Positions 1 to 8,357 of a DNA stretch of 64,000 nt are shown in pieces. The number at the start of each line of letters is the position of its first letter. Within the stretch, counting starts at the first letter, position 1. Source of the DNA: Eubacteriales bacterium. GTDB taxonomy: Bacteria; Bacillota; Clostridia; Oscillospirales; CAG-272. The stretch spans positions 51,070 through 115,069 of the forward strand of contig JAZRXB010000247.1 in the NCBI GenBank assembly GCA_045600005.1, read 5' to 3'. The notes beneath the pieces were generated by a model, which worked only from the letters and a program-made list of their open reading frames with translations, was not told the DNA's origin and ran no database searches. Made by a program: the position numbers and the translations under genes.

Positions 1-835
1 TATGCAGCTTCCGTTCGGTCAGCAGGCTGACCAGCGCGTTTTCCAGCGAACCGGCGTCCACGCCGTAGATGTACGCGCCGACCTCGGCCGCACGGATCTT
101 TTCGATCATTTTGTCACAGAGTTCAGCGCATTCGGCTTCATTTTTCCCGCTTGCCGTGACGCGCAGCAGGACCTCTCCGTCCTTGGCGTAGGGCGCGAGC
201 GTGGGATTCGTCGAGCCGGTCATCAGATCGCGCAGCGTATCCTCGACCTTCGATTCGCCCATGCCGAAGATGTTGACGTTTTTCGAGAACAGGATGTGAT
301 CCGAGAAGCCGCGCAGATAAGGCTCGACCTCTTCTGAGAACATCGGCTCGCATTCTCTGGGCGGACCGGGCAGCAGGATGATGATCTTGCCCTTTTCCTC
401 ATCTTCAATGGCAAGTCCCGGCGCGGTGCCGTAGTTGTTTTTGAAGACGACGGCGCCTTCGGGCATCAGCGCCTGCTTTTTGTTGTTTTCGGTGATGGGA
501 TGACCGTAGCGGTTCATCCGCGCCATCATGCGGGCAAGGCTTTCCTCGTGCATATAGAGCTTCCGCCCCATCAGCCGGGCGGCGGTCTCCTTGGTCAGAT
601 CATCGTAGGTCGGACCGAGACCGCCGGTCAGGATGACGAGATCGGAGCGTTCCAGTGAGAGGGTCAGCGCGTATTCCAGCCTTGCGGGATTGTCGCCGAC
701 GACGCCCTGATAATACTGATTGATGCCGAGCGCGGCAAGCCGGCGCGAGATGAACGCCGCGTCCGTGTTGACGATATCGCCGAGCAGAAGCTCCGTTCCG
801 ACGCAGAGGATCTCGGCGCTGTTGATTTTAATCAT
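1..835 (-). CDS. cinA: CinA-family competence/damage-inducible protein (MoCF-biosynthesis-like N-domain); the 3' end runs off the window
   Basis: Absent from the ORF track because it has no stop inside the window. My own minus-strand translation from the ATG (complement of 833-835) gives MIKINSAEILCVGTELLLGDIVNTDAAFISRRLAALGINQYYQGVVGDNPARL...LTGGLGPTYDDLTKE...ILLPGPPRECEPMF, the typical CinA N-terminal signature. Confidence 0.75.
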   Translation of the reverse strand, partial: MIKINSAEILCVGTELLLGDIVNTDAAFISRRLAALGINQYYQGVVGDNPARLEYALTLSLERSDLVILTGGLGPTYDDLTKETAARLMGRKLYMHEESLARMMARMNRYGHPITENNKKQALMPEGAVVFKNNYGTAPGLAIEDEEKGKIIILLPGPPRECEPMFSEEVEPYLRGFSDHILFSKNVNIFGMGESKVEDTLRDLMTGSTNPTLAPYAKDGEVLLRVTASGKNEAECAELCDKMIEKIRAAEVGAYIYGVDAGSLENALVSLLTERKLH

Positions 836-892
836 GACGTAACACACCCGAAAGCAGAGCTTTCATGACCGGTGACGGGGCGGAGTGTCTGT

Positions 893-2140
893 TCAGCCCT
901 CGTACAGCGGATATTTCTTGCAGATCTCGGTGACGGCTGCGCGGATCTTGTCGGCGGAGCTTTCAAAATCGGTCGCGGTGAGATAAATGAGGTGAGCGAG
1001 CGTCTTCATGTCTTCCTCAACGAGACCGCGGGAGGTGACGGCGGGCGTGCCGATGCGGACACCGGAGGTGATGAAGGGCGACTGCGGGTCGTTCGGGATG
1101 GCGTTCTTGTTGACGGTGATATAAACCTCGTCAAGCTGCTTTTCGAGCTGCTTGCCGGTGATGCCGAGATTTCTCAGATCGAGCAGCATCAGATGGTTGT
1201 CCGTACCGCCGGTCAGGAGATCGAAGCCCTCTGCCGTCAGAGAATCGGCGAGGACCTTCGCGTTCTTCACGATCTGCTGCTGGTAGGTCTTGAATTCGGG
1301 CTTCAGCGCTTCGCCGAAGCAGACCGCCTTGGCTGCGATGACGTGCATCAGAGGACCTCCCTGCGTGCCCGGGAAGACCGCCTTGTTGATCGCCTTGCCC
1401 AGCTCTTCACGGCAGAGGATCATGCCGCCGCGCGGACCGCGAAGCGTTTTGTGCGTGGTGGTGGTCACGACGTCGGCATACGGAACGGGGCTCGGATGAA
1501 GTCCTGCCGCGACCAGACCTGCGATGTGCGCCATGTCGACCATCAGATATGCGCCGACGCTCTTGGCGATTTCGGACAGGCGTGCGAAGTCGATGATGCG
1601 GGGATATGCGGATGCGCCCGCGACGATCAGCTTCGGATGATTTTCCCTTGCGAGGGCTTCGACCTTGTCGTAGTCGATCCGGCTGGTCTCATCGTCAACG
1701 CCGTAGGGGATGAAGTTGTACAGCATACCGGAGATGTTGACAGGGCTGCCATGGGTCAGATGACCGCCGTGAGCGAGGTTCATGCCCATCACGGTGTCGC
1801 CGGGCTTCAGAAGTGCGAGATAGACGGCGGTATTCGCCTGCGCGCCGGAATGGGGCTGAACGTTGACGAATTCGGCGCCGAACAGCTTTTTCGCGCGCTC
1901 GATCGCCAGATTTTCGGCGATATCGACGCACTCGCATCCGCCGTAATACCGTTTGCCGGAATAGCCCTCGGCATATTTGTTGGTAAGAACGGTACCCATT
2001 GCCGCCATGACGGCCGGGGACACGACGTTTTCCGAAGCGATCAGCTCAAGACCTCTCTGCTGACGGGCGTACTCCTTTTCGACGGCCTCGCCCAGCTCGG
2101 GATCGAAGCTCTTGATGAATTCGATATTTTCTCTGACCAT
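893..2140 (-). CDS. glyA: serine hydroxymethyltransferase
   Basis: Full-length SHMT motifs: [23 protein letters not shown], and the PLP-lysine block [21 protein letters not shown] lies 5 nt before the ATG at 2140; the ORF-track ATG at 2152 overlaps that SD. Confidence 0.95.
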   Translation of the reverse strand: MVRENIEFIKSFDPELGEAVEKEYARQQRGLELIASENVVSPAVMAAMGTVLTNKYAEGYSGKRYYGGCECVDIAENLAIERAKKLFGAEFVNVQPHSGAQANTAVYLALLKPGDTVMGMNLAHGGHLTHGSPVNISGMLYNFIPYGVDDETSRIDYDKVEALARENHPKLIVAGASAYPRIIDFARLSEIAKSVGAYLMVDMAHIAGLVAAGLHPSPVPYADVVTTTTHKTLRGPRGGMILCREELGKAINKAVFPGTQGGPLMHVIAAKAVCFGEALKPEFKTYQQQIVKNAKVLADSLTAEGFDLLTGGTDNHLMLLDLRNLGITGKQLEKQLDEVYITVNKNAIPNDPQSPFITSGVRIGTPAVTSRGLVEEDMKTLAHLIYLTATDFESSADKIRAAVTEICKKYPLYEG

Positions 2141-2417
2141 GATAACCTCCAAATAATTTCAGATATGGATTCGGTGACCAGCGCCGCTCTGCTGTGGGAC
2201 CGCGTCGCGGCGATGTTTCCGGATTAAAAATATAATCAGAATAATTATATATGATTCTGTTTGAAAATACAATATGTATTTTGTAAATATTCTGTCCGCA
2301 TCAGACGGGTTTTTCCGTCGCAGCGGTGGTCTGAACGGAAAAAAGGACAGTCCGGGCTGTTAAATTTGTCGAAACTGTAAAATTTCATTTTAGTTGTCGA
2401 AAAGTCCTCATATGCTA

Positions 2418-2447
2418 TTGACAAAAGGCACAAATCTGTGGTAGAAT
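2418..2447 (+). promoter_or_regulatory. sigma-A-type promoter, TTGACA-18-TGgTAGAAT
   Basis: TTGACA at 2418-2423 and an extended -10 TGgTAGAAT ending at 2447. It faces the MinD-like gene and leaves a leader of about 165 nt. Confidence 0.55.
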
Positions 2448-2655
2448 ATTATTGATACGTTGGCAAAACTGTTAATCATACTAAATTTGCAGGTTATCTG
2501 ACTGAAAAAATGGGAAAATTCACATCAGTCTATATGTATGACCCTGTTTCCCGCCGGTTTTCCTGCATCCGAAGGCTCCCTTTTCTTCGCCGGAACGGAG
2601 CTGTGAGGAGGTTGTTGAAACGAAAACAATCCTGATCACTTCATGCAAGGGCGGC

Positions 2656-3414
2656 GTGGGCAAATCGACGGCGGCGGTCAATCTGGCGTACTCGCTGGCG
2701 AAAAACGGCAGCCGGGTGCTTCTTGCCGACTGCGATTTCGATATGAGATGCCTTGATCTTCTGCTCGGCGCCGAAGACCGCGTTCTGTATGATCTGCTTG
2801 ACGCGGCAAAGGGGCGCGTGAGCGTGGAAAAGGCGATGCTCCGCGACGAGCGTTCGGAGAATCTGTATTTTCTGGCGGCGCCTTCCGCCGACGGAAGGTC
2901 GCTCACAGGCGGAGAGCTTGCCCGCGTGTTTGAAGAAGCGCGGCAGGCGGAACCGTTCGATTTCATTCTGCTTGACACGCCCGGCTCGCTCGGCGCACCC
3001 GCGCTGCTGGAGGCGGGGATCGCGGATGAGGCGATGATCGTCGCCTCCCATCATCCGGCAAGCATCCGCGCCGCGTGTCAGACCGGCGAGATGCTCGAAG
3101 AGGCCGCGGTCCCCGAGCTGCGTCTCCTTATCAATCAGTTTGATCTGGAGGGCGCGGCGTCCGGCAGACGTCCCGGCGTCAACGAGATCATCGACCGCTC
3201 CTATATCCGGCTCTGCGGCATCGTGCCGTATGACAGCGCTCTCATGCTGGCGTCCGAAAACGGAAAGCTCGCCTTTGAGCTGAAGCATTCGCCCGCCGCT
3301 GCCGCATTTGACAATATCGCGCGCCGTCTGAACGGTCAGAACGTGCCGCTGTTCGACGGCTTTACCGGCTGGCGGACAAAACGCCTGATCCGGCGGCTTC
3401 TCGAAGCGGACTGA
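2656..3414 (+). CDS. MinD/ParA-family P-loop ATPase. The ORF-track start falls inside the Walker A motif, so the true start is probably TTG 2615 in another frame (see finding).
   Basis: The deviant Walker A KGGVGKST straddles 2647-2670. Also present: DCDFDMRCLDL, LLDTPG, and a basic amphipathic C-terminus (KRLIRRLLEAD) like the MinD membrane-targeting helix. Confidence 0.8.
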   Translation: MGKSTAAVNLAYSLAKNGSRVLLADCDFDMRCLDLLLGAEDRVLYDLLDAAKGRVSVEKAMLRDERSENLYFLAAPSADGRSLTGGELARVFEEARQAEPFDFILLDTPGSLGAPALLEAGIADEAMIVASHHPASIRAACQTGEMLEEAAVPELRLLINQFDLEGAASGRRPGVNEIIDRSYIRLCGIVPYDSALMLASENGKLAFELKHSPAAAAFDNIARRLNGQNVPLFDGFTGWRTKRLIRRLLEAD

Positions 3415-3468
3415 CCGCTTCGCACCGCTCCTTCACTTCTGGGAAATAAACGAAAGGATTGATTATAA

Positions 3469-3894
3469 ATGGAAATCGCTATTATCGCGGACGATAAGAA
3501 GAAAGAGCTTATGACGCAGTTCTGCATTGCGTACTGCGGCATCCTCTGCAAGCACAACCTCTGTGCGACCGGGATCACGGGAAAGTATATTTCCGAAGCG
3601 ACCGGACTGAAGATCGAACGGCTGCTTTCCGGCACGCATGGCGGCACACAGCAGATCACCTCGCGCGTGGCCTACAATGAAATCGACCTTCTCATCTATT
3701 TCCGCGACACATCGAAGGAGCCGGTGTACAGCGCGGAGGAGCATGACCTGCTGCGGATGTGCGACATCTATAATGTTCCGGTCGCTACGAACATTGCGAC
3801 GGCGGAAGTGCTGGTCTGCGCGCTTGAAAACGGCGGACTCGACTGGCGCGAGATCGTCAATCCGAAATCCGATTATAACCGCAAGAGCAAATAA
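3469..3894 (+). CDS. mgsA: methylglyoxal synthase
   Basis: IAIIADDKKKELM, ATGITGKYI, LSGTHGGTQQI and DLLIYFRD match MGS-family blocks (IAHDxKK, ATGTTG, GPxGGDQQ). Confidence 0.85.
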   Translation: MEIAIIADDKKKELMTQFCIAYCGILCKHNLCATGITGKYISEATGLKIERLLSGTHGGTQQITSRVAYNEIDLLIYFRDTSKEPVYSAEEHDLLRMCDIYNVPVATNIATAEVLVCALENGGLDWREIVNPKSDYNRKSK

Positions 3895-3900
3895 AATGAA

Positions 3901-3942
3901 AAGTGAAGTGAAGGGGATATGAACCTTCACTTCACTTTTTTG
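3901..3942 (+). terminator. rho-independent terminator of mgsA
   Basis: A 14-bp stem (AAGTGAAGTGAAGG / CCTTCACTTCACTT) followed by TTTTTT. Confidence 0.8.
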
Positions 3943-4047
3943 ATGAAGTTTATGAACCGCATTATGAAGTGAAATATGAAGCGGAGGACTGACTGCCGCT
4001 TCATACTTTCCCGCTGTCCATATTCCTGACGGAACAGGCGGGGAGAG

Positions 4048-4100
4048 AGTCCCTCAAAGACAGTTTTCGGAAATCAGACTGTCTTTGAGGGACTTTTTTA
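4048..4100. terminator. 17-bp perfect hairpin with a T-tract only on the plus strand; it abuts the stop codon of the minus-strand gene 4098-5519
   Basis: AGTCCCTCAAAGACAGT (4048-4064) pairs with ACTGTCTTTGAGGGACT (4078-4094), then TTTTTTA. On the minus strand an A-run precedes it and no U-run follows. Confidence 0.6.
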
Positions 4101-5519
4101 TTCTTTGATCAGAGAATCGCAGATCGCTTCTGCGGCGAGCTTGCCCGCGCCCATCGCGGAAATGACGGTTGCCGCGCCGGTCACGGCGTCGCCTCCGGCA
4201 TATACGCCCGCTCTGGTGGTCGCGCCGGTGGTTTCCTCCACGATGATGCCGCCGTGACGGTTGACCTCAAGTCCCGCGGTCGTCGACTTGATCAGCGGAT
4301 TCGGGGACGTGCCGATCGCCATGACCACCGTGTCGATGTCCAGCACATATTCGCTGCCCTCGACCGGAACGGGACGGCGGCGTCCGCGCTCGTCCGGCTC
4401 GCCCAGCTCCATGCGGATGCAGCGTATGCCCGTGACGCAGCCGTTTTTCGGATCGCGGCGGTCGTCGGGATTACGCCAGCCGAGGATCTCGACCGGATTG
4501 TTTAACAGAAGGAATTCGATCCCCTCTTCCATCGCGTGTTCGACCTCTTCACGGCGCGCCGGAAGCTCCTCCATCGAACGGCGGTAGATGATGAAGACCT
4601 TTTCTGCGCCCAGACGAAGCGCGGTGCGCGCCGCGTCCATGGCAACGTTGCCGCCTCCGACGACCGCGACTCTGCCGCCTTTGGAGATCGGCGTGACCGG
4701 ATCGTCCCGGTACGCCTTCATCAGATTGCTTCTGGTCAAGAACTCGTTTGCGGAATAGACGCCCTTGAGACTTTCACCCGGGATGTTCATGAAATTAGGA
4801 AGTCCTGCGCCGCTTCCGATGAAGACCGCTTCATATCCCATTTCAAACAGCTCGTCGACCGTCAGCGTTTTGCCGATGACCATGTTGGTCTCCACATCGA
4901 CGCCCATCGCTTTCAGATTGTCGACTTCCTTCTTGACGATGCTCTTGGGCAGACGGAATTCCGGGATGCCGTATACCAGCACGCCGCCCGCCGTGTGAAG
5001 CGCTTCAAAAACCGTGACCTTGAAGCCCTTCTTCGCAAGGTCGCCAGCACAGGTCAGACCGGAAGGACCGGAGCCGACGACGGCGACCCTGTGACCGTTC
5101 GGTTCGGGAACGGCGGGCGCTTCGGTCTGATGCTCGTTGTGCCAGTCGGCGACGAAGCGTTCCAGCCGGCCGATGCCGACCGGCTCGCCCTTGATGCCGC
5201 GCACGCATTTCGATTCGCACTGCGTTTCCTGCGGGCAGACCCGTCCGCAGACCGCCGGAAGCGAGGAGGTCCTGCTGATGATCTGATAAGCGCCCTCGAA
5301 ATCGCCCTCACGGATCTTTTCGATGAACGCGGGAATGTGGATATTGACCGGACAGCCCGATACGCAGGGCATATTTTTGCAGTTCAGACATCTTGCCGCT
5401 TCGTCGAGCGCGGCGGCTTCCTCATATCCCCTTGCCACTTCCTCGAAGTTGTGCGCACGGACGGCGGGGTCCTGCGTCGGCATGGGGTTCTTTTTGAGTG
5501 ACATATTCGGCTTTGCCAT
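4098..5519 (-). CDS. NADPH-dependent glutamate-synthase small-subunit-like oxidoreductase (GltD/NfnB/SudA family) with an N-terminal 2x[4Fe-4S]-type Cys region
   Basis: CLNCKNMPCVSGCP and CGRVCPQETQCESKC Cys clusters. Two Rossmann GxGxxG motifs (VAVVGSGPSGL and VAVVGGGNVAMD). C-terminal GGDAVTGAATV. No partner subunit gene is adjacent. Confidence 0.8.
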   Translation of the reverse strand: MAKPNMSLKKNPMPTQDPAVRAHNFEEVARGYEEAAALDEAARCLNCKNMPCVSGCPVNIHIPAFIEKIREGDFEGAYQIISRTSSLPAVCGRVCPQETQCESKCVRGIKGEPVGIGRLERFVADWHNEHQTEAPAVPEPNGHRVAVVGSGPSGLTCAGDLAKKGFKVTVFEALHTAGGVLVYGIPEFRLPKSIVKKEVDNLKAMGVDVETNMVIGKTLTVDELFEMGYEAVFIGSGAGLPNFMNIPGESLKGVYSANEFLTRSNLMKAYRDDPVTPISKGGRVAVVGGGNVAMDAARTALRLGAEKVFIIYRRSMEELPARREEVEHAMEEGIEFLLLNNPVEILGWRNPDDRRDPKNGCVTGIRCIRMELGEPDERGRRRPVPVEGSEYVLDIDTVVMAIGTSPNPLIKSTTAGLEVNRHGGIIVEETTGATTRAGVYAGGDAVTGAATVISAMGAGKLAAEAICDSLIKE

Positions 5520-5553
5520 GTTCTTGTCTTCTCCTTATGTTATCTCGTTTTAG

Positions 5554-5718
5554 CCGATTGTAAAACTGCGTTTTACAATCGGAACTCACGCTTATCGCCG
5601 CCGACAAAATTTGTTTTGTCGGCTCTCCTCATATCGGCGCGAGGGCTCGCCCCGGCTCGCCTTAGAGGAGTTTTTATGTCGGCAAAGCCGACATAAAAAC
5701 GGATTTTATTATAACGTT
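5554..5718 (-). repeat. composite multi-hairpin intergenic repeat, copy A (reverse complement of copy B at 40432-40620)
   Basis: By-eye alignment to rc(40432-40620) gives roughly 90 percent identity with one indel of about 23 nt. Hairpins: 5554-5582 (CGATTGTAAAAC-TGC-GTTTTACAATCG), 5600-5623 (10 bp) and 5670-5700 (14 bp perfect). Confidence 0.85.
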
Positions 5719-5778
5719 TGTCATCGCAAAGCATTAAACGATCGGCTAAGATTATATAATGAAGGAGACAATATAATA

Positions 5779-6987
5779 ATGAAGGTTCTTGTTGTAAACG
5801 CGGGAAGCTCGTCGCTGAAATATCAGCTTTTCGACCTGACGGACGGCTCCCTCATCGCAAAGGGAATCTGCGAGCGCATCGGCATCGACGGCCGGCTGAC
5901 CCACAAAATGCCGGGACGTGACGATTATAAAGCCGAGGTCCTGATGAATAACCACACTGACGCGGTAAAAGCCGTGATCGGTGCGCTGACCTCGCCCGAG
6001 ATCGGCTGCCTTTCCCGTATGGATGAGATCGAAGCGGTCGGTCATCGTGTCGTGCACGGCGGACCGTACTTCTACGAGTCGGTCCTTGTGACGGACGAGG
6101 TCGTTGAAACGCTGAAAAAATGCTACGATTTCGCGCCGCTTCACACCGGACCGCACCTGATGGGCATCGAGGGCTGCTCCGCCGCCATGCCGGGTACGCC
6201 GCAGGTGCTGGTTTTCGACACCGCGTTCCATCAGACCATGCCCGACTATGCCCGTACCTACGCGATCTCGCGTGAGCTTGCCGAAAAGTACGCCATCCGC
6301 CGCTACGGTGCGCACGGTACGTCACATCGCTTTGTCGCGGGCGAAATGTGCCGGATCTTGGGGCGCACCGAGGGAACGAAGATCGTCACCTGCCATCTCG
6401 GCAGCGGCTCGTCGATCTCTGCGGTGAAGGACGGAAAGGTACTCGATACGTCGATGGGCTTCACGCCGCTCGACGGGCTGGAAATGGGGACCCGCTGCGG
6501 TTCGATCGACCCGGCGATCGTTCCGTTCATCATGGAACGGGAGGGCTATTCACCCGCGCAGATGAGCGAATATCTGAACCGCGACTGCGGTCTTATGGGC
6601 GTGTCGGGACTGTCCTCCGACTGCCGCGACCTCGGTGAAGCCGTGCTGGCAGGCAATGAGAGGGCAAAGCTCGCCGTGAACATCCTGACCTATCAGATCA
6701 GAAAGTATATCGGCGCGTATGCCGCCGCGATGAACGGATTGGATGCGCTCGTCTTCACCGCCGGCATCGGCGAAAACCGGAACGAGATCCGCGCCGCCGC
6801 CTGTGACGGACTCGGTTTCCTCGGCATCCGCCTCGACCCGGAGATCAACGCGAAGACCCGTCTGCAATCGAATATCGTGAAGATCTCGGCAGAGGATTCC
6901 CGCGTGCCGGTCTATGTCATCCCCACTAATGAAGAGCTGGTCATCGCGCGCGACACCGAACGCATCGTGCGCGGTCTTTCCCGGTAA
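5779..6987 (+). CDS. ackA: acetate kinase
   Basis: MKVLVVNAGSSSLKYQLF at the N-terminus, then VGHRVVHGG, FDTAFHQTMP, RRYGAHGTSH and the C-terminal IPTNEELVIARD. GAAGGAG SD at 5761-5767. The ORF-track start 5611 adds repeat-derived sequence. Confidence 0.95.
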   Translation: MKVLVVNAGSSSLKYQLFDLTDGSLIAKGICERIGIDGRLTHKMPGRDDYKAEVLMNNHTDAVKAVIGALTSPEIGCLSRMDEIEAVGHRVVHGGPYFYESVLVTDEVVETLKKCYDFAPLHTGPHLMGIEGCSAAMPGTPQVLVFDTAFHQTMPDYARTYAISRELAEKYAIRRYGAHGTSHRFVAGEMCRILGRTEGTKIVTCHLGSGSSISAVKDGKVLDTSMGFTPLDGLEMGTRCGSIDPAIVPFIMEREGYSPAQMSEYLNRDCGLMGVSGLSSDCRDLGEAVLAGNERAKLAVNILTYQIRKYIGAYAAAMNGLDALVFTAGIGENRNEIRAAACDGLGFLGIRLDPEINAKTRLQSNIVKISAEDSRVPVYVIPTNEELVIARDTERIVRGLSR

Positions 6988-7034
6988 AAATGTGTCGGGC
7001 GGATATTTTCGCCCCTGAAAGGAATGGTTATATC

Positions 7035-8309
7035 ATGAAAAACTGTTTTGTTCCGGCAGATATTCTGCTTCCCGCTTTCGCTCAGGACGCCGAAAGGATG
7101 AACAAATGGGCGTGCATCGCCTGCGACCAGTACACCTCCGAACCGTCGTACTGGCAGAAAGCCGCTGCGCTGGTCGGGGACGAGCCGTCCGCGCTGAATC
7201 TCGTTCTGCCGGAGCTGTGGCTCGGCGAAGCGGATGCGCGCATCGGTGCGATCAACCGGAAGATGGACGAGTACCTCGAAACCGGCGTGTTCGTTTCGCA
7301 TCCGTCGTCGATGATCTATCTTGAACGCCGCCTGAAAAGCGGAAAGGTGCGCCGCGGACTGATCGGCGCGGTCGATCTTGACTGTTACGATTATACGAAG
7401 GGCGCGGACTCCCTCATCCGTGCGACGGAGGGAACGGTGCTGGAGCGCATTCCTCCGCGTGTGAAGATCCGCGAAGGCGCGGCGGTCGAACTGCCGCACA
7501 TCATGATCCTCATCGACGACGCGGAACGCACGGTCATCGAACCGCTGATCCCGACTGCCGGTTCGATGGAAACCGCGTATGATTTCGACCTGATGCTGAA
7601 CGGCGGCCACGTCACCGGACGTTTCGTTCCCGAAGACGGTCAGAAGAAGATCGCCGCCGCGCTCGAAAAGCTCTGCGAACTGGACGCATATAATGCACGT
7701 TACGATCTGCACGAAACGTCGCCGATGCTCTTTGCGATGGGAGACGGCAACCATTCGCTCGCTTCGGCAAAGGCGCACTGGGAAAATGTGAAAAAGACGC
7801 TTCCGGCAGAACAGCTTGCGGACCATCCCGCCCGCTATGCGCTCTGCGAGATCGTCAACATTCACGACGAAGCGCTCGAATTCGAGCCGATCTACCGTGT
7901 GCTGTTCGGCGTAAAGCCGGACGAGCTGGTGAACGAGCTGACCGCTTACGCCGCGTCTCTGCCGGAAAGCGGGAACGACGCGCAGACCGTGACCTGCGTC
8001 ACAAAGGGATTCACGAAGGACGTGACCTTTGAAAATCCGACGGCGTTCCTGCCGGTCGGGACCTTACAGACCTTCCTTGACGGTTATCTGAAACGGAATC
8101 CCGGCGTGAAGATCGACTATATCCACGGCGTCGATTCGACGAAGGCGCTGGCGGACCGTCCCGAAGCGGTCGGATTCCTGTTCCGCGGCATGGAGAAGGG
8201 CGACCTTTTCAAAACGGTGATCTGCGACGGCGCGCTTCCGCGCAAGACCTTCTCGATGGGCGAAGCGGACGACAAGCGCTTCTATCTGGAAGCGAGAAAG
8301 ATCCGCTGA
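7035..8309 (+). CDS. DUF1015-family protein
   Basis: The size and the blocks RGLIGAVDL, IRATEGTVLERIPPRVKIR and LFAMGDGNHS resemble the DUF1015 family as I remember it. SD GAAAGGA precedes the ATG at 7035. Confidence 0.55.
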   Translation: MKNCFVPADILLPAFAQDAERMNKWACIACDQYTSEPSYWQKAAALVGDEPSALNLVLPELWLGEADARIGAINRKMDEYLETGVFVSHPSSMIYLERRLKSGKVRRGLIGAVDLDCYDYTKGADSLIRATEGTVLERIPPRVKIREGAAVELPHIMILIDDAERTVIEPLIPTAGSMETAYDFDLMLNGGHVTGRFVPEDGQKKIAAALEKLCELDAYNARYDLHETSPMLFAMGDGNHSLASAKAHWENVKKTLPAEQLADHPARYALCEIVNIHDEALEFEPIYRVLFGVKPDELVNELTAYAASLPESGNDAQTVTCVTKGFTKDVTFENPTAFLPVGTLQTFLDGYLKRNPGVKIDYIHGVDSTKALADRPEAVGFLFRGMEKGDLFKTVICDGALPRKTFSMGEADDKRFYLEARKIR

Positions 8310-8357
8310 AACGTCTTGATCATGCCGTATATAATAATGTAGAAAAGAGGACAAATC

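Noticed and set aside
872-2227. Long ORFs antisense to real genes: 872-2227 (+), 25589-27931 (-), 35074-37377 (-), 50031-52004 (+), 53655-55526 (+), 59230-61167 (-), 16831-18303 (+), and many 60-300-aa ORFs rich in Arg/Ala/Gly/Pro.
   Set aside because: Their translations are low-complexity and have no recognisable motifs. Each lies opposite a gene with clear family signatures. GC-rich coding DNA generates stop-free antisense frames.
2141-2330. A ZTP (pfl) or THF riboswitch upstream of glyA.
   Set aside because: The only ZTP-like words (GGTGACCAGCG..GGGACCGCG) are on the wrong strand for glyA and do not match the GUGACUGGCG / CCGCCUGGGCA cores. No THF-like core is seen.
2510-2635. A 41-aa ORF (MGKFTSVYMYDPVSRRFSCIRRL...) in the MinD-like leader.
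   Set aside because: It has no SD and an arbitrary basic sequence. Its reading frame is the one created by the suspected frameshift upstream of the MinD-like gene.
4098-5519. Calling the GltD-like gene NfnB or glutamate synthase specifically.
   Set aside because: No NfnA/ferredoxin-NADP reductase-like or GltB partner gene is adjacent, so only the family is assigned.
5554-5718. Calling the multi-hairpin repeats a mobile element (MITE or IS).
   Set aside because: There is no transposase, no terminal inverted repeats spanning the whole element and no visible target-site duplication. I therefore list them only as repeats.
5611-5778. The N-terminal extension of the ackA ORF, and the 287-aa ORF at 39670-40533. 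Both translate ...LE(E/G)FLCRQSRHKNGFYYNV.
   Set aside because: The shared peptide is produced by the multi-hairpin DNA repeat read in frame. ackA has a proper SD and an MKVLVVNAGSSS start at 5779, and the second ORF is antisense to cysE.
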